Assembly (NCBI GenBank): GCA_965209155.1
Contig: OZ242383.1
Span: 1,216,001-1,280,000, forward strand
Direction of reading: 5' to 3'
DNA length: 64,000 nucleotides
Source of the DNA: a bacterium
GTDB taxonomy: Bacteria > SAR324 > NAC60-12
Below are positions 1 to 11,635 of the stretch, in pieces. Made by a program: the position numbers and the translations under genes. Each line of letters begins with the position of its first letter. Position 1 is the first letter of the stretch. A model generated the notes under the pieces. That model saw nothing but the letters and a program-made list of their open reading frames with translations. It made no database searches and was not told the DNA's origin.

Positions 1-75
1 AGAAAAACCACGATTTACGCGGGTTCCACGCAAATACAAAAAGGAATCATTGCCAAAACCGTCTTGGGATTATAA
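1..75 (+). CDS. C-terminal end of an acyl-CoA dehydrogenase (PimC-like large subunit), partial
   Basis: Frame 1 reads RKTTIYAGSTQIQKGIIAKTVLGL*, the typical ACAD C-terminal TIY(A/G)GS-x-IQ motif; lies directly upstream of a second ACAD. Confidence 0.75.
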   Translation, partial: RKTTIYAGSTQIQKGIIAKTVLGL

Positions 76-141
76 CAAAAGTCGATATGATGAATTCATC
101 CTGTTTATTTTCCGCAAGCCCATAAAATTGAAGGGAATGAA

Positions 142-1275
142 ATGGATTTCAGCTTTACGGAAGAGCAATTTTTGCTGAAGCAAAGTGTCAGTGATTTTAT
201 CAAAAACGAATATGACTTTGACAAACGCCGCCAAATTGTGGAATCCGAAGAAGGATTCAGTCGCAAACATTGGCAAACTTTTGCCGACCTGGATTGGAAC
301 AGCATACCTTTTTCCGAGAAAGATGGAGGCTATGGGGGCACTGCCGTCGATATCATTGCCATCATGGAAGAATTCGGAAAAGGCATCCTGGTAGAACCTT
401 ATTTTTCTTCCGTCATTTTTTCCGGAGCATTTTTCAGGAGAGGCGCCAGTGTGGCGCAAAAGGCTACGCATATTCCCGCCATCATTGCCGGAAGCCGGAT
501 TTATGCGGTCGCCTTTTCTGAAATTCAAAGTCGCTATGACTTATTCGACGTCAAAACCACTGCCCACAAAGAAGGTGCCCATTACGTACTCGATGGTGAA
601 AAAATTTTCGTGATGGGAGGACACCTGGCTGACAATTTGCTGGTCGTGGCGCGAACTGCTGGAGAACAACGGGAACAAGAAGGGATTTCGATCTTTCTTG
701 TGGACGCCCATGCTCCTGGAATTTCAAAAACGCTCTTTCGTACCGTGGACGGATTCAAAGCGGTCGATATTCGTTTTGATCAAGTAAAAGTCAAGGCAGA
801 AAATTTGATAGGCGAAGAAAACAAAGGGCTGACTCTTTTGGAAAATGTTGTCCATGAAGCCATGGTTGCGGTGGGTGCCGAAGCGGTGGGTGCCTTGGAA
901 GTGCTCAACAAGAAGACGGTGGACTACAGTAAAATCCGTGTGCAATTCAATCAGCCTATAGGAAAATTTCAATCCCTGCAGATGATCATGTCTGAAATGT
1001 TCATCGAATATGTACAAGTGAAGTCCATGCTTTACATGGCAGCCATGAAGATGGATGAGGGTGGGGAGGTTGCTCAAGCCATTTCCGCTTTCAAAGTACA
1101 ATTGGGGAAAGCCATTCGCTTTATCGGACAAAACGCAATTCAGGTTCATGGGGGAATCGGCATGACCGATGAGTTGGACGTGGGACATTATTTCAAACGG
1201 GTGACCATGATCAACACTTTATTTGGTGATGACAGCTTTCACATGGACCGCTATGTTCAACTGGCTTATCCATGA
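142..1275 (+). CDS. Acyl-CoA dehydrogenase family protein (PimD-like small subunit)
   Basis: MDFSFTEEQ start, R.QFNQPIGKFQ and AIQVHGGIGMTDE motifs. Confidence 0.9.
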   Translation: MDFSFTEEQFLLKQSVSDFIKNEYDFDKRRQIVESEEGFSRKHWQTFADLDWNSIPFSEKDGGYGGTAVDIIAIMEEFGKGILVEPYFSSVIFSGAFFRRGASVAQKATHIPAIIAGSRIYAVAFSEIQSRYDLFDVKTTAHKEGAHYVLDGEKIFVMGGHLADNLLVVARTAGEQREQEGISIFLVDAHAPGISKTLFRTVDGFKAVDIRFDQVKVKAENLIGEENKGLTLLENVVHEAMVAVGAEAVGALEVLNKKTVDYSKIRVQFNQPIGKFQSLQMIMSEMFIEYVQVKSMLYMAAMKMDEGGEVAQAISAFKVQLGKAIRFIGQNAIQVHGGIGMTDELDVGHYFKRVTMINTLFGDDSFHMDRYVQLAYP

Positions 1276-1290
1276 AATCCGGGGAATGCC

Positions 1291-2457
1291 GTGGAATTCT
1301 CACTGACCAGCGAACAAGAAGACATCAGCCTTCATGTCGCAGAAACATGCGCCCGTTTTGACGACGAATATTGGCTGGAGAGAGACACGAAGGGAGATTT
1401 TCCCGAGGAATTTCACCAAGCCATGGCTCAAGGGGGATGGCTGGGGATTACGATGCCTGAAGAATTTGGTGGCTCCAACCTGGGAGTTACCGAAGCAGCC
1501 TTGATGATGCACCAAGTGGCCCGTAGTTCCGGAGCAATGAGCGCGGCTTCTGCCATACATATCAATCTTTTTGGTCCTCACCCCATTCTGGTTTTTGGTA
1601 GTGATTCACAAAAGCAAAAGTGGCTCCCCGATTTGATCCACGGAAAAGTGAAAGTGTGTTTTGCAGTGACCGAACCCAATGTGGGACTGGAAACCACTGC
1701 AATTGAAACACGTGCGATTAAAACAGGAAACCATTACCGCGTGAGGGGATCGAAAATATGGACAACCACGGCTCAGGAAGCGAATAAAATCATGCTGCTC
1801 GCCCGTACCACCCCTCGAGAGACGGGCTCCCGACGGGTTGAAGGTCTCAGCTTATTTTATACGGATCTCGACCGCGACTATATCGAGGTCCGTCGAATTG
1901 ATAAAATGGGACGAAAGGCGGTGGATTCCAATGAACTGTTCATCGAGGACTTGCCCATACCTGCTGGTGATTTGATTGGTGAAGAGGGAAAAGGCTTCCA
2001 ATACATTTTACACAGCTTGAATCCTGAAAGAATTCTCGTAGGCATTGAAGCAGTGGGAATCGGACAAAATGCCCTGTCCCGAGCAGCAGACTATGCTTCA
2101 AAGCGAGTTGTATTTGGACGCCCAATTGGTCAGAATCAAGCCATTCAGCATCCCCTGGCAGAATCCTGGATAGAGCTCGAAGCCGCCTATTTGATGGCCA
2201 TGCAAGCAGCGAGTTTATACGATAGTGGGCAACCTTGTGGTTTACAAGCCAATGCGAGCAAGTACCTGGGTGCGGAAGCAGGTTTCAAAGCCTGTACGCA
2301 AGCGGTGATGACCCATGGAGGAATGGGATACGCGAAGGAATTTCACGTTGAACGATTGATGCGGGAAATCATGATCTGTCGAATTGCGCCAATCAGTCCG
2401 CAGTTGATCCTTTGTTATATTGCCGAAAAAGCACTGGGACTGCCTAAATCCTATTGA
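1291..2457 (+). CDS. Acyl-CoA dehydrogenase
   Basis: FAVTEPNVG, GSKIWTT, RVVFGRPIGQNQAIQH and THGGMGYAKE motifs. Confidence 0.92.
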   Translation: MEFSLTSEQEDISLHVAETCARFDDEYWLERDTKGDFPEEFHQAMAQGGWLGITMPEEFGGSNLGVTEAALMMHQVARSSGAMSAASAIHINLFGPHPILVFGSDSQKQKWLPDLIHGKVKVCFAVTEPNVGLETTAIETRAIKTGNHYRVRGSKIWTTTAQEANKIMLLARTTPRETGSRRVEGLSLFYTDLDRDYIEVRRIDKMGRKAVDSNELFIEDLPIPAGDLIGEEGKGFQYILHSLNPERILVGIEAVGIGQNALSRAADYASKRVVFGRPIGQNQAIQHPLAESWIELEAAYLMAMQAASLYDSGQPCGLQANASKYLGAEAGFKACTQAVMTHGGMGYAKEFHVERLMREIMICRIAPISPQLILCYIAEKALGLPKSY

Positions 2458-2480
2458 CCGGCACCTCGTTAAACCATTCA

Positions 2481-2819
2481 ATGCCCTCTAAATCCCCAAA
2501 ATCTACTCGTCTTTACCAACGGATCTATGCCGTGGTCCGTCAAATCCCATATGGACGGGTCACCACTTACGGGCAGGTTGCCGGCATAGTGGGAGGTTGC
2601 ACGGCACGGGTGGTGGGATATGCCATGTCCGCCACTCCTTGGGGATCCGACATACCCTGGCAGCGAGTTATCAACCGCGAAGGTAAAATCAGCCCTCGGA
2701 GCAGCGGCCACGGAAGCCTCCTGCAACGGGAATTACTGGAAGAAGAAGGAGTCCGTTTCGACCGCCACCAATGCATCGATTTTGCGCAATTCGGCTGGCA
2801 AGGACCAGAGGGATCTTGA
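2481..2819 (+). CDS. Alkyltransferase-like (ATL/YbaZ-type, MGMT family) DNA-binding protein
   Basis: IPYGRVTTYGQVA...ARVVGYAM...PWQRV: Trp replaces the catalytic Cys of PCHRV, as in ATL proteins. ATG at 2481 chosen. Confidence 0.85.
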   Translation: MPSKSPKSTRLYQRIYAVVRQIPYGRVTTYGQVAGIVGGCTARVVGYAMSATPWGSDIPWQRVINREGKISPRSSGHGSLLQRELLEEEGVRFDRHQCIDFAQFGWQGPEGS

Positions 2820-2887
2820 GTTTTATGTTGGATTTACCTTACCTGAAGCCATCTTGCTGAAATTGTCTTTTCAGGTGCGCTCTTAAC

Positions 2888-4123
2888 CTAAAAATCCAGT
2901 GCGAATTGGGGTTGTGGCAAACGAAGCGCGCGGTCAAGATCTCGCAACAATTCACCATCAGCGTCGAGGTCATCCGTCAGGGCTAAAACCGATGCGCTTC
3001 TCACCCCGAACCACAAACGACTGAAAGCGCCTATGGACGCTTTGAGAGTTGGCAAAGCACGAGAATAGCCGGGCTCAGCGGCGGATTGCGCACCCAAGGT
3101 TACAATGTAATCGCCAGAAACGCCACGCCAGCTGTGATCTGCGTTCAAGTACTCGGAAATCGGGTCGGAAAGCCTGAGATTAAAGGATATTGAATCCGCG
3201 TCCAGTCTTGTTTTTGTGAGGCATTTTGGCAAATCGAGGATCCTCAGTTGCCTCCAGGAGTTAGCAATGTGCCAGCAGGCGTGGCGCGACCCCCGGGTTT
3301 TGTTTCGATCGCGGAAGGGTTGTTTGAGAAGGTCCTGGAATTGAATTTCCGGTGGTTCTTCCATTTGAATCGACAAAACCTGGTCTCCCAATGATTTGAT
3401 CAAGGCGAGTAACTCGAAGAGTTGATCCGTGCTTTGATACGAGTAGTAACTGATCTGATAAGGACCATTTTCCCCTTTAGTTTCTCCCATGATAAAGTGT
3501 GACAACGAACTACCTGGACCATCAAAATATCCTAGGCAGATCAGCTTTGATTCCGAACCGAATGCAGACTGGATAAATTCGGGAAGATCGAGTACGCAAT
3601 TGCCATGCGTTCGTAAGCGATTGCACAGCGCTTGGTGCAGGGCTTGCCCGTCACCTCTGGTCAATCGTTTGGGCGGTCGAAAGGAAGGACTGACTTGTAG
3701 CGATGCCGGATCGAACTTAATGACGTTGGTGTAGGCGCTCGTACCGAATCCGAGGAGATTGTAGAATCCTTGTTCGAACATGCCAAGAGTGGCGATCTCA
3801 CTGCCTGCCGCGGCATGGTAAGCAAGCGCGTGGGCAGTCAGCTGCTTCGCGGCTCCGAGTTTGCGAGCGATGCGGCCGGTTGCCACTCCAGTGACCGCGG
3901 TCATTTCAATATTCGAGTCAAGGTACCTTATGTTACCAGGAGATGTGAAGACTACGCATTCCACTTCCCCATTTACGGGAAACACGACGCCATCCATTGC
4001 GCGTGCCAGCGCTTCGAATGCGTTGGCTTGCTCTTCGTCTTCGAACCAACCTATCTCGAAGTAGATGCGTTTGACTGCTTCAAAATCCCGGTTGTGGTCG
4101 TAATCGAGGATTTTATTGATCAT
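2888..4123 (-). CDS. GNAT acetyltransferase, Eis-like
   Basis: VTGVATGRIARKLGAA acetyl-CoA motif, GFYNLLGF, ~410 aa with an SCP-like C-terminus. Confidence 0.65.
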   Translation of the reverse strand: MINKILDYDHNRDFEAVKRIYFEIGWFEDEEQANAFEALARAMDGVVFPVNGEVECVVFTSPGNIRYLDSNIEMTAVTGVATGRIARKLGAAKQLTAHALAYHAAAGSEIATLGMFEQGFYNLLGFGTSAYTNVIKFDPASLQVSPSFRPPKRLTRGDGQALHQALCNRLRTHGNCVLDLPEFIQSAFGSESKLICLGYFDGPGSSLSHFIMGETKGENGPYQISYYSYQSTDQLFELLALIKSLGDQVLSIQMEEPPEIQFQDLLKQPFRDRNKTRGSRHACWHIANSWRQLRILDLPKCLTKTRLDADSISFNLRLSDPISEYLNADHSWRGVSGDYIVTLGAQSAAEPGYSRALPTLKASIGAFSRLWFGVRSASVLALTDDLDADGELLRDLDRALRLPQPQFALDF

Positions 4124-4135
4124 GGTCAATTCAAT

Positions 4136-5200
<1,065 letters not shown>

Positions 5201-5425
5201 TCAGTAGTTGAAATTTAATTTATAAAATCAATAATTTAATAATTATGATGTGTCATCCCGGTCCCGGATCATCCTGGATTCCTGGTCAAGCCAGGAATGA
5301 CACGTTTTTTAATTTCAGTAGGTGAAATTTAATTTTAAAATCAATAATTTAATAATTATGATGTGTCATCCCGGTCCCGGATCATCCTGGATTCCTGGTC
5401 AAGCCAGGAATGACACGTTTTTTAA
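5201..5425. repeat. Tandem duplication of a ~113-bp unit, each copy carrying a REP-like palindrome
   Basis: 5201-5312 and 5315-5425 are near-identical; each contains TGTCATCCCGGTCCCGGATCATCCTGGATTCCTGGTCAAGCCAGGAATGACA. Confidence 0.9.
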
Positions 5426-5441
5426 ATCCTGATTCACGTTA

Positions 5442-6140
5442 TTATATGAAACTCCCGCGGTCCGCCATTCCCAGTTGAGCTTCCCGGAACAAGGATTGAA
5501 TATTTTTCTCATATTCCGCAACAGTGCAGGCATTTCCAAAGACTGCGCTGCCGGCTACGAGATTGGTAGCGCCCGCTGCAACCACTTTTCGAATGGTGCC
5601 CCGATTCACGCCTCCATCGACTTGTATCGGGATGGGAAGGTCTTGCGATTCAAGCTCATCCGATAAAAGTTCGATTTTATCATAAATAGCGGGTATGAAT
5701 CGCTGCCCTCCCCAGCCAGGGTTAACGGACATCAGCAAAATCATATCCAAATCATGATAGACCCAATCCAGTACTTCAAAAGGTGTTGCTGGATTTAAAG
5801 CCACTGCGGCTTTGATTCCATGGCTTTTGATTTGCTGAATGACACGGTGCAGGTGCGTCACTGCTTCTGCGTGAATCGTGATGGAATCCGCCCCTGCTTT
5901 GACAAAACCTTCTATCTGGCATTCTGGACGGTTTACCATCAAATGCACGTCAAAAAATACTCCCCGCGGTTTTTTGAAAGACTGGAGTACTACCGAACCG
6001 AAAGTGAGTGGTGGCACGAAATTACCGTCCATCACGTCGATGTGAACCCAGGAACATCCTGCTTGCTGAACACGCTGAATTTCTGCAGATATCTCACCCA
6101 AATTGGATGATAAAAGAGATGGGGCTATCGTCAGGTTCAT
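5442..6140 (-). CDS. rpe: Ribulose-phosphate 3-epimerase
   Basis: IAPSLLS, HIDVMDGNFVP, DVHLMV, MSVNPGWGGQ, VDGGVN. Confidence 0.97.
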   Translation of the reverse strand: MNLTIAPSLLSSNLGEISAEIQRVQQAGCSWVHIDVMDGNFVPPLTFGSVVLQSFKKPRGVFFDVHLMVNRPECQIEGFVKAGADSITIHAEAVTHLHRVIQQIKSHGIKAAVALNPATPFEVLDWVYHDLDMILLMSVNPGWGGQRFIPAIYDKIELLSDELESQDLPIPIQVDGGVNRGTIRKVVAAGATNLVAGSAVFGNACTVAEYEKNIQSLFREAQLGMADRGSFI

Positions 6141-6160
6141 GGATGCTTCGTTTCCGCAGA

Positions 6161-6850
6161 TCAGGGTTTTCTTTCAATGATTTTCGTCCTTTGTCCGCTT
6201 CCCACAATACATCGTGCCGTCATACCGACAAACAATCCATTGATCACCACGCCCGGAATCGAATTCAAGGTTGCTTCCAACGAGCATGGGTCTGCAATTT
6301 CATTGAAATGACAGTCGAGAATATAGTTTTGGTTTTCAGAAAAAAAAACCTTCTCCGCATTTTTTCGTATAACGATTTCAGCGCCGAGATCCTCGATTCG
6401 TCTGGCGACCGTTTGCCAACCGAAGGGAGTCACTTCGACTGGGAGAGGGTATTTACCGAGCATGGCGACATATTTTGAAGAATCGACGATGATAATCAAT
6501 TCCCTGGAAATCGAAGCAACGATTTTCTCTCGGAGAAGCGCACCACCCCCTCCTTTCAGCAATTGCAATTGGGGGTCTACTTCATCTGCGCCATCAATGG
6601 TGAGATCCAACTGAACAGTTGCTGTGAAATCTACCAGGGGAATTTGCTCATTTTCCGCCAGCAACCGGGTTTGCTCTGAAGTGGGAATGGCTTGAATAGA
6701 AAGCCCCTCTCGCGCCTTCTGTCCCAAAGCGCGAATGGCGTAGTTAGTGGTCGACCCGGTTCCCAGTCCCACCAGCATCCCGGATTTTACGAATGCCGCC
6801 GCCGCTTCTCCCGCAAGCCGCTTTTCCCGCTCCACATTATATTGAGGCAT
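6161..6850 (-). CDS. rpiA: Ribose-5-phosphate isomerase A
   Basis: GLGTGST, DGADEVD, KGGGGALLREKIV. Confidence 0.97.
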   Translation of the reverse strand: MPQYNVEREKRLAGEAAAAFVKSGMLVGLGTGSTTNYAIRALGQKAREGLSIQAIPTSEQTRLLAENEQIPLVDFTATVQLDLTIDGADEVDPQLQLLKGGGGALLREKIVASISRELIIIVDSSKYVAMLGKYPLPVEVTPFGWQTVARRIEDLGAEIVIRKNAEKVFFSENQNYILDCHFNEIADPCSLEATLNSIPGVVINGLFVGMTARCIVGSGQRTKIIERKP

Positions 6851-6875
6851 CCCGTGTTTCCTCGATGCGTCGTGC

Positions 6876-8915
6876 TTAAGTCAGTGGGTATAAATAATTT
6901 GAAATATTTCGGATCAAATGTTCTGCAGTGAAACCAAATTTTTCCGCAATCACTTCTCCGGGCGCAGAATGTCCGTAACTCTCTTGTCCAATCACATGGT
7001 CCGCGTATTGGTACCATGGCCCGGAGACACCCGCTTCTACAATTATTTTTTTTGATGCCGGAGGGAGTAAGTATTTCTGGTATTCTTTACTTTGTCCTTT
7101 GAATAATTCAAGGCAGGGCATGGAAACATGGCGTACAGGAATTCCCTTATTTACTAAATGGGTCCGCACGTCTTGCACGGGCCCTCCTTCAGAGCCGGTC
7201 GAAATCAAAATGACTTGAGGTTTTGCGTTGACAGCTTCCTGGACAATGTAGCCCCCTTTCCAGATCTCTTTGGGATTGAAACCAGGAGGGCGTTCCAGGT
7301 TGCGCACGCCTTGGCGGGTCAAGAGCAAAGCCGAAGGGTGATTTCCATCAGGACGTTGCAATGCATGAGCCCAGGCAGCAGCAGTTTCCACCGCGTCAGC
7401 CGGACGCCAAACACGGAGGTTGGGAATAACGCGCAAAGCCCATGCGTGTTCGATTGGTTGATGGGTGGGGCCATCTTCTCCAACCCAAAATGAATCGTGA
7501 GTGTAGACAAAAATTGTAGGCAGTCCGGAAATGGCAGCCAGTCGTACACTGGGACGCATGTAGTCTGAAAAAACCACGAACGTTGCGCAAAAAGGATGCC
7601 AAAAACCTGAAAGATACAACCCATTGCTCACGGAGCCCATGCCATGCTCTCGGATGCCGAAGTGGACGTTTCGTCCCGAAAAAGAAGGATCCGGCATATG
7701 CCTGGATTTCAGCGAGGCGGGAGTGATGCTGTTTTCCGCCTTGATCAGAGTGAGGGTGCTGGGTTCCAAATCCCCGGAACCTCCCGTCATCTGGGGAATC
7801 ATTCGCGCTGCTTCCTGAATGACGTCTTGGGAAAGTTTGCGTGTGGGACCTTCCACGCCTTCAACCGCGGCAATCAGCTTTTCCAAGAGATTTCCTGGTG
7901 TTTGCTTTTCGGTATGAGACCGCCATTGCTCCGCCAAATCCTGATGATTCCTCTTCCACTGTTTGTGCTGTTCCTGCCATTGTTGATAGAGATGGCGGGT
8001 TTCATCAGCCCGTTGAGCAAAAACCAATCGCACCTCCTCTGGAATATAAAATAACGGTTCCAGTGGCCATCCCAAGACTTCTTTGGCCCTTTGTACTTCC
8101 TCTATTCCGAGCGGACTGCCATGAGTTGCTGCCGTTCCTGCCATGGTGGGAGCGCCTTTGCCAATGATGGTTTGTGCGACGATCAAAGAAGGATGCTGAC
8201 ATTGATCTTTGGCGTTTCGCAGACATGTTTCCAGTTCTTCGTGATCGTGACCATCACAATATTGCACGTACCACCCGTAGGCCTCAAAGCGCTTTCCCAC
8301 GTCTTCGCTCATGGAAAGGTCGATCTTCCCTCCAATAGTAATTCGATTTTGATCGTAAATGGCAATCACGTTGTTCAGCTTCAAATGACCTGCAAGGGAG
8401 GCGGATTCCGCGCAGACGCCTTCCTGCATGTCTCCGTCCGAACACAAAATATAAACACAGGCATCCACCACGGCATGCTCAGCAGAATTGAAACGAGAAG
8501 CTGCCATCTTCAATCCCAAGGCAATTCCCACAGCATTTCCAAATCCCGCACCAAGCGGACCCGTGGTACATTCGACTCCGGGTGTCAATCCATATTCCGG
8601 GTGACCGGGCGTGCGACTCGACCACTGACGGAATTGTTTTAATTCTTCCAGGGGAAGATCATATCCGGTAAGATGCAACATTGCGTATAGCAACATCGAG
8701 GCATGCCCTGCGGAAAGCACAACCCGGTCTCGATTCGGCCAATTCGGATCTTGCGGGTTGTAACGTAAAAATTTATTCCACAACACAAAGGCAATATCCG
8801 CCAATCCCATCGGTGCGCCAGGATGGCCGGAATTGGCCTTCTGCACCGCATCGGCTGCAAGAAAACGGATAGTGTTGACGCATAGTTCTCTTAGTTCTGG
8901 TGTCATTTTGACCAT
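6876..8915 (-). CDS. tkt: Transketolase
   Basis: NSGHPGAPMG, TPGHPE, SDGDMQEG, FGIREHGM, THDS..VGEDGPTHQPIE. Confidence 0.97.
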   Translation of the reverse strand: MVKMTPELRELCVNTIRFLAADAVQKANSGHPGAPMGLADIAFVLWNKFLRYNPQDPNWPNRDRVVLSAGHASMLLYAMLHLTGYDLPLEELKQFRQWSSRTPGHPEYGLTPGVECTTGPLGAGFGNAVGIALGLKMAASRFNSAEHAVVDACVYILCSDGDMQEGVCAESASLAGHLKLNNVIAIYDQNRITIGGKIDLSMSEDVGKRFEAYGWYVQYCDGHDHEELETCLRNAKDQCQHPSLIVAQTIIGKGAPTMAGTAATHGSPLGIEEVQRAKEVLGWPLEPLFYIPEEVRLVFAQRADETRHLYQQWQEQHKQWKRNHQDLAEQWRSHTEKQTPGNLLEKLIAAVEGVEGPTRKLSQDVIQEAARMIPQMTGGSGDLEPSTLTLIKAENSITPASLKSRHMPDPSFSGRNVHFGIREHGMGSVSNGLYLSGFWHPFCATFVVFSDYMRPSVRLAAISGLPTIFVYTHDSFWVGEDGPTHQPIEHAWALRVIPNLRVWRPADAVETAAAWAHALQRPDGNHPSALLLTRQGVRNLERPPGFNPKEIWKGGYIVQEAVNAKPQVILISTGSEGGPVQDVRTHLVNKGIPVRHVSMPCLELFKGQSKEYQKYLLPPASKKIIVEAGVSGPWYQYADHVIGQESYGHSAPGEVIAEKFGFTAEHLIRNISNYLYPLT

Positions 8916-9096
8916 TCGATGATTGATTTTTCGTTCGCAAATTTATTACCAAAGATTCGAAATTTCAAGTTTTATCCGGTATCTTGAGCATGAAATAATG
9001 AAACTTGCGCAGAAAAAACTCCGCTCTCCCTCAATAATCATCCTTTCGATATTTGAAATCGGGAAACAATGATGAATAGTTCTTTAATGAGCGATG

Positions 9097-10611
9097 TCAA
9101 TGACTTGCCATGTGATGGCCGATGACGGAAAAATCGATGGCATCCGCCATATTTTGATAAACGAGCTTTCCGTTGCGCATCACCAGAATCCGGTCAGAGA
9201 GTTCCAGAATTTCATCTAAATCTTCACTGATCAGCAAGACCGCGGCTCCTTGATTGCGAACCTCCATGATGAGAGCGCGGATTTCATCCGTTATCAAAAT
9301 ATCCAACCCGGAACAAGGGTTGGCCACGATAAGGATCTCGACTCCTCCTGAAAGTTCTCGCGCCAATACCGTACGTTGGATGTTGCCACCTGAAAGATTC
9401 AATAAAGGCGTATCCGGAGAAGAAGTTTGGATACGAAAGCGTTCGATCAGGGAGCGGGCGGTTTGCCGCATCATTGAGTTATTCAAGAACCAACCGGCAA
9501 TAACGCACGGGGGGCAATCAAAATCTCGAAATAGCAAATTCTCGCCAACGCTCATATGTCCGGCACAGGCATTTCGTAAGGGTTCTTCGGGCAATACATG
9601 AAGCTTGTGTTGCAAAATTTCCCGGTGGCTGCCATTATAAAGTGATCCATGTATTTTAATTGTGCCGTCAAGAAAGGGGCGTTGTCCGGCCAATGCTTCA
9701 AGAAATTCTTTTTGTCCATTTCCCGAAATACCGGCAATGCCAACAATTTCTCCCGCCTTGATCGTTATGCTTAAATCGTCAACTGCAATTGCGTCGCGAT
9801 CGTCTGCCACTTTCATCTTTTCGATCTGCAACTTTGGGATCGGATTTGAGAATGATCGCCGATTTTGGTCGCTTCTCGGCGTCCTGGAACCTATCATCAT
9901 TTCGGCCATTTGATGAGTTGTCAGATCAGAAACCCTGCTACTCCCAATCGTCTTGCCCTGACGTAGGACGGTCACCGTATCCGAGTAATTAACGACTTCA
10001 CGTAACTTGTGAGAGATCATCAAAATGCTGAGTGACATTTCCTTTGTCATCTGGCGAAGCAATCTCAGAATTTCGTCCGCTTCCCGCGGAGTGAGCACGG
10101 AGGTAGGCTCGTCAAGAATCAAAATCATGCTTTTCAGGTAAAGCTGCTTGAGAATTTCCAACTTTTGCTTTTGCCCTGCCGACAACATTTCGACACGGCT
10201 CTCCAAAGGCACATGAAAAGGCATGGCCTCCATAAACCATTCCAATTCTCTTTTTTCAGCTCGCCAGTCCAGGACGGATGGGATCTGCGGTCGGGCTATC
10301 ACCAGGTTTTCGATAACCGTCATATTGGGAATCAGGGTGAAATTTTGATAAACCATGCCAATTCCCACTTGATGAGCAGTACGTGGAGTATCAATCGTTA
10401 TTAGTTGATTATTGATCAGGATTTCGCCTTCATCCGGATGGTAGTAACCCATCACGCATTTGACCATCGTGCTTTTCCCGGCACCATTCTCTCCCAGCAG
10501 GGTGTGGATTTCGCCGGGTATCAGACGTAGAGAGGCCCGATCCAATGCCAGGAAATGGCCAAAACGCTTGGTCATGTTTTTGATTTCTAAACGGGGTGAA
10601 GGTTCGTCCAT
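9097..10611 (-). CDS. ABC transporter ATP-binding protein (two-domain, nucleoside/CUT2 type)
   Basis: GENGAGKST Walker A, LSAGQKQ, LILDEPT, second degenerate NBD with LSGGNIQ. Confidence 0.92.
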   Translation of the reverse strand: MDEPSPRLEIKNMTKRFGHFLALDRASLRLIPGEIHTLLGENGAGKSTMVKCVMGYYHPDEGEILINNQLITIDTPRTAHQVGIGMVYQNFTLIPNMTVIENLVIARPQIPSVLDWRAEKRELEWFMEAMPFHVPLESRVEMLSAGQKQKLEILKQLYLKSMILILDEPTSVLTPREADEILRLLRQMTKEMSLSILMISHKLREVVNYSDTVTVLRQGKTIGSSRVSDLTTHQMAEMMIGSRTPRSDQNRRSFSNPIPKLQIEKMKVADDRDAIAVDDLSITIKAGEIVGIAGISGNGQKEFLEALAGQRPFLDGTIKIHGSLYNGSHREILQHKLHVLPEEPLRNACAGHMSVGENLLFRDFDCPPCVIAGWFLNNSMMRQTARSLIERFRIQTSSPDTPLLNLSGGNIQRTVLARELSGGVEILIVANPCSGLDILITDEIRALIMEVRNQGAAVLLISEDLDEILELSDRILVMRNGKLVYQNMADAIDFSVIGHHMASH

Positions 10612-10695
10612 ATTGCGGAATTTTCAATTTTTGAGGCAAGACAATGTCCCAAAAAACGTAAGATATTATTTTCGATTTATAAAAAATTGATTGTC

Positions 10696-11622
10696 CTATC
10701 GGATCAAGCTCAATTCACCGGGAGCCCCTGCCAGTTTATATTTGGAAGAGGATGAAAGGACCATGACAAGTAAGGTTAAAATATAAGGAGCCGCGTTGAA
10801 CAAATAATAACCGGAAGTCACGCCCACTGCTTGTAGTGCGGGGCCCAAAGCGCTTGATCCTCCAAACAACAGTGCGGCGTACAGACAATTGACGGGATTC
10901 CAGCGGGCAAAAATAACAAGAGCAACAGCCATCAGTCCCTGTCCACTGGAGAGGCCTTCAGACCAACTTCCGGGGTAGTAAAGAGAAAGATACGCGCCTC
11001 CAATTCCTGCCATTGCCCCCCCGAGCGCCGTGCTCGCGCCTCTTATTTTTACAACCGGGAATCCCATTGCTTTCCCCGCATCCGCATTTTCCCCTGCAAC
11101 CCTTACCATCAATCCCCATTTTGTATTTTTTAAAGCCCAGTCGAGTAGAAACGCCATTGCCAACCCGAGCAGAAAGAGTACATTGATTTGCAGGGCCGCT
11201 TTGAGTTGGGGGATTTCACTCCACCATCCCAATTCGATAGAGGGAAGGCGCGGTGCGACAGGTTGGATATATGGGGTGCCGAAAAAAAAGGCCAGCCCCG
11301 TACCAAAAATCATCAGGGCAATCCCTATGGCGATATCATTTACTTTAGGATAACTACACAACCAACTGTGCAGTAAACCAAAAACTGCGCCTATCAATGC
11401 AGCGCCAATCACGGCGAGCCAGGGAGATCCCGTATGCAGGGAAAGGGCATATCCCCCCATTGCCCCCAACACCAGAGTTCCTTCCAATCCCAGGTTGATG
11501 CGTCCGCTCTTTTCAGTCAGACATTCTCCCAGGCTGACGAAGAGGAAAGGCGTTCCTACCCGAATTGCTCCTCCAAAAACTGCCAGTAAAACTCCAAGCC
11601 ATTCGATTTCAAATGCAGTCAT
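10696..11622 (-). CDS. ABC transporter permease
   Basis: EKSGRINLGLEG motif and multiple TM helices; start re-assigned to ATG at 11622 (MTAFEIEW). Confidence 0.88.
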   Translation of the reverse strand: MTAFEIEWLGVLLAVFGGAIRVGTPFLFVSLGECLTEKSGRINLGLEGTLVLGAMGGYALSLHTGSPWLAVIGAALIGAVFGLLHSWLCSYPKVNDIAIGIALMIFGTGLAFFFGTPYIQPVAPRLPSIELGWWSEIPQLKAALQINVLFLLGLAMAFLLDWALKNTKWGLMVRVAGENADAGKAMGFPVVKIRGASTALGGAMAGIGGAYLSLYYPGSWSEGLSSGQGLMAVALVIFARWNPVNCLYAALLFGGSSALGPALQAVGVTSGYYLFNAAPYILTLLVMVLSSSSKYKLAGAPGELSLIR

Positions 11623-11635
11623 AGCCGCATGTTGC

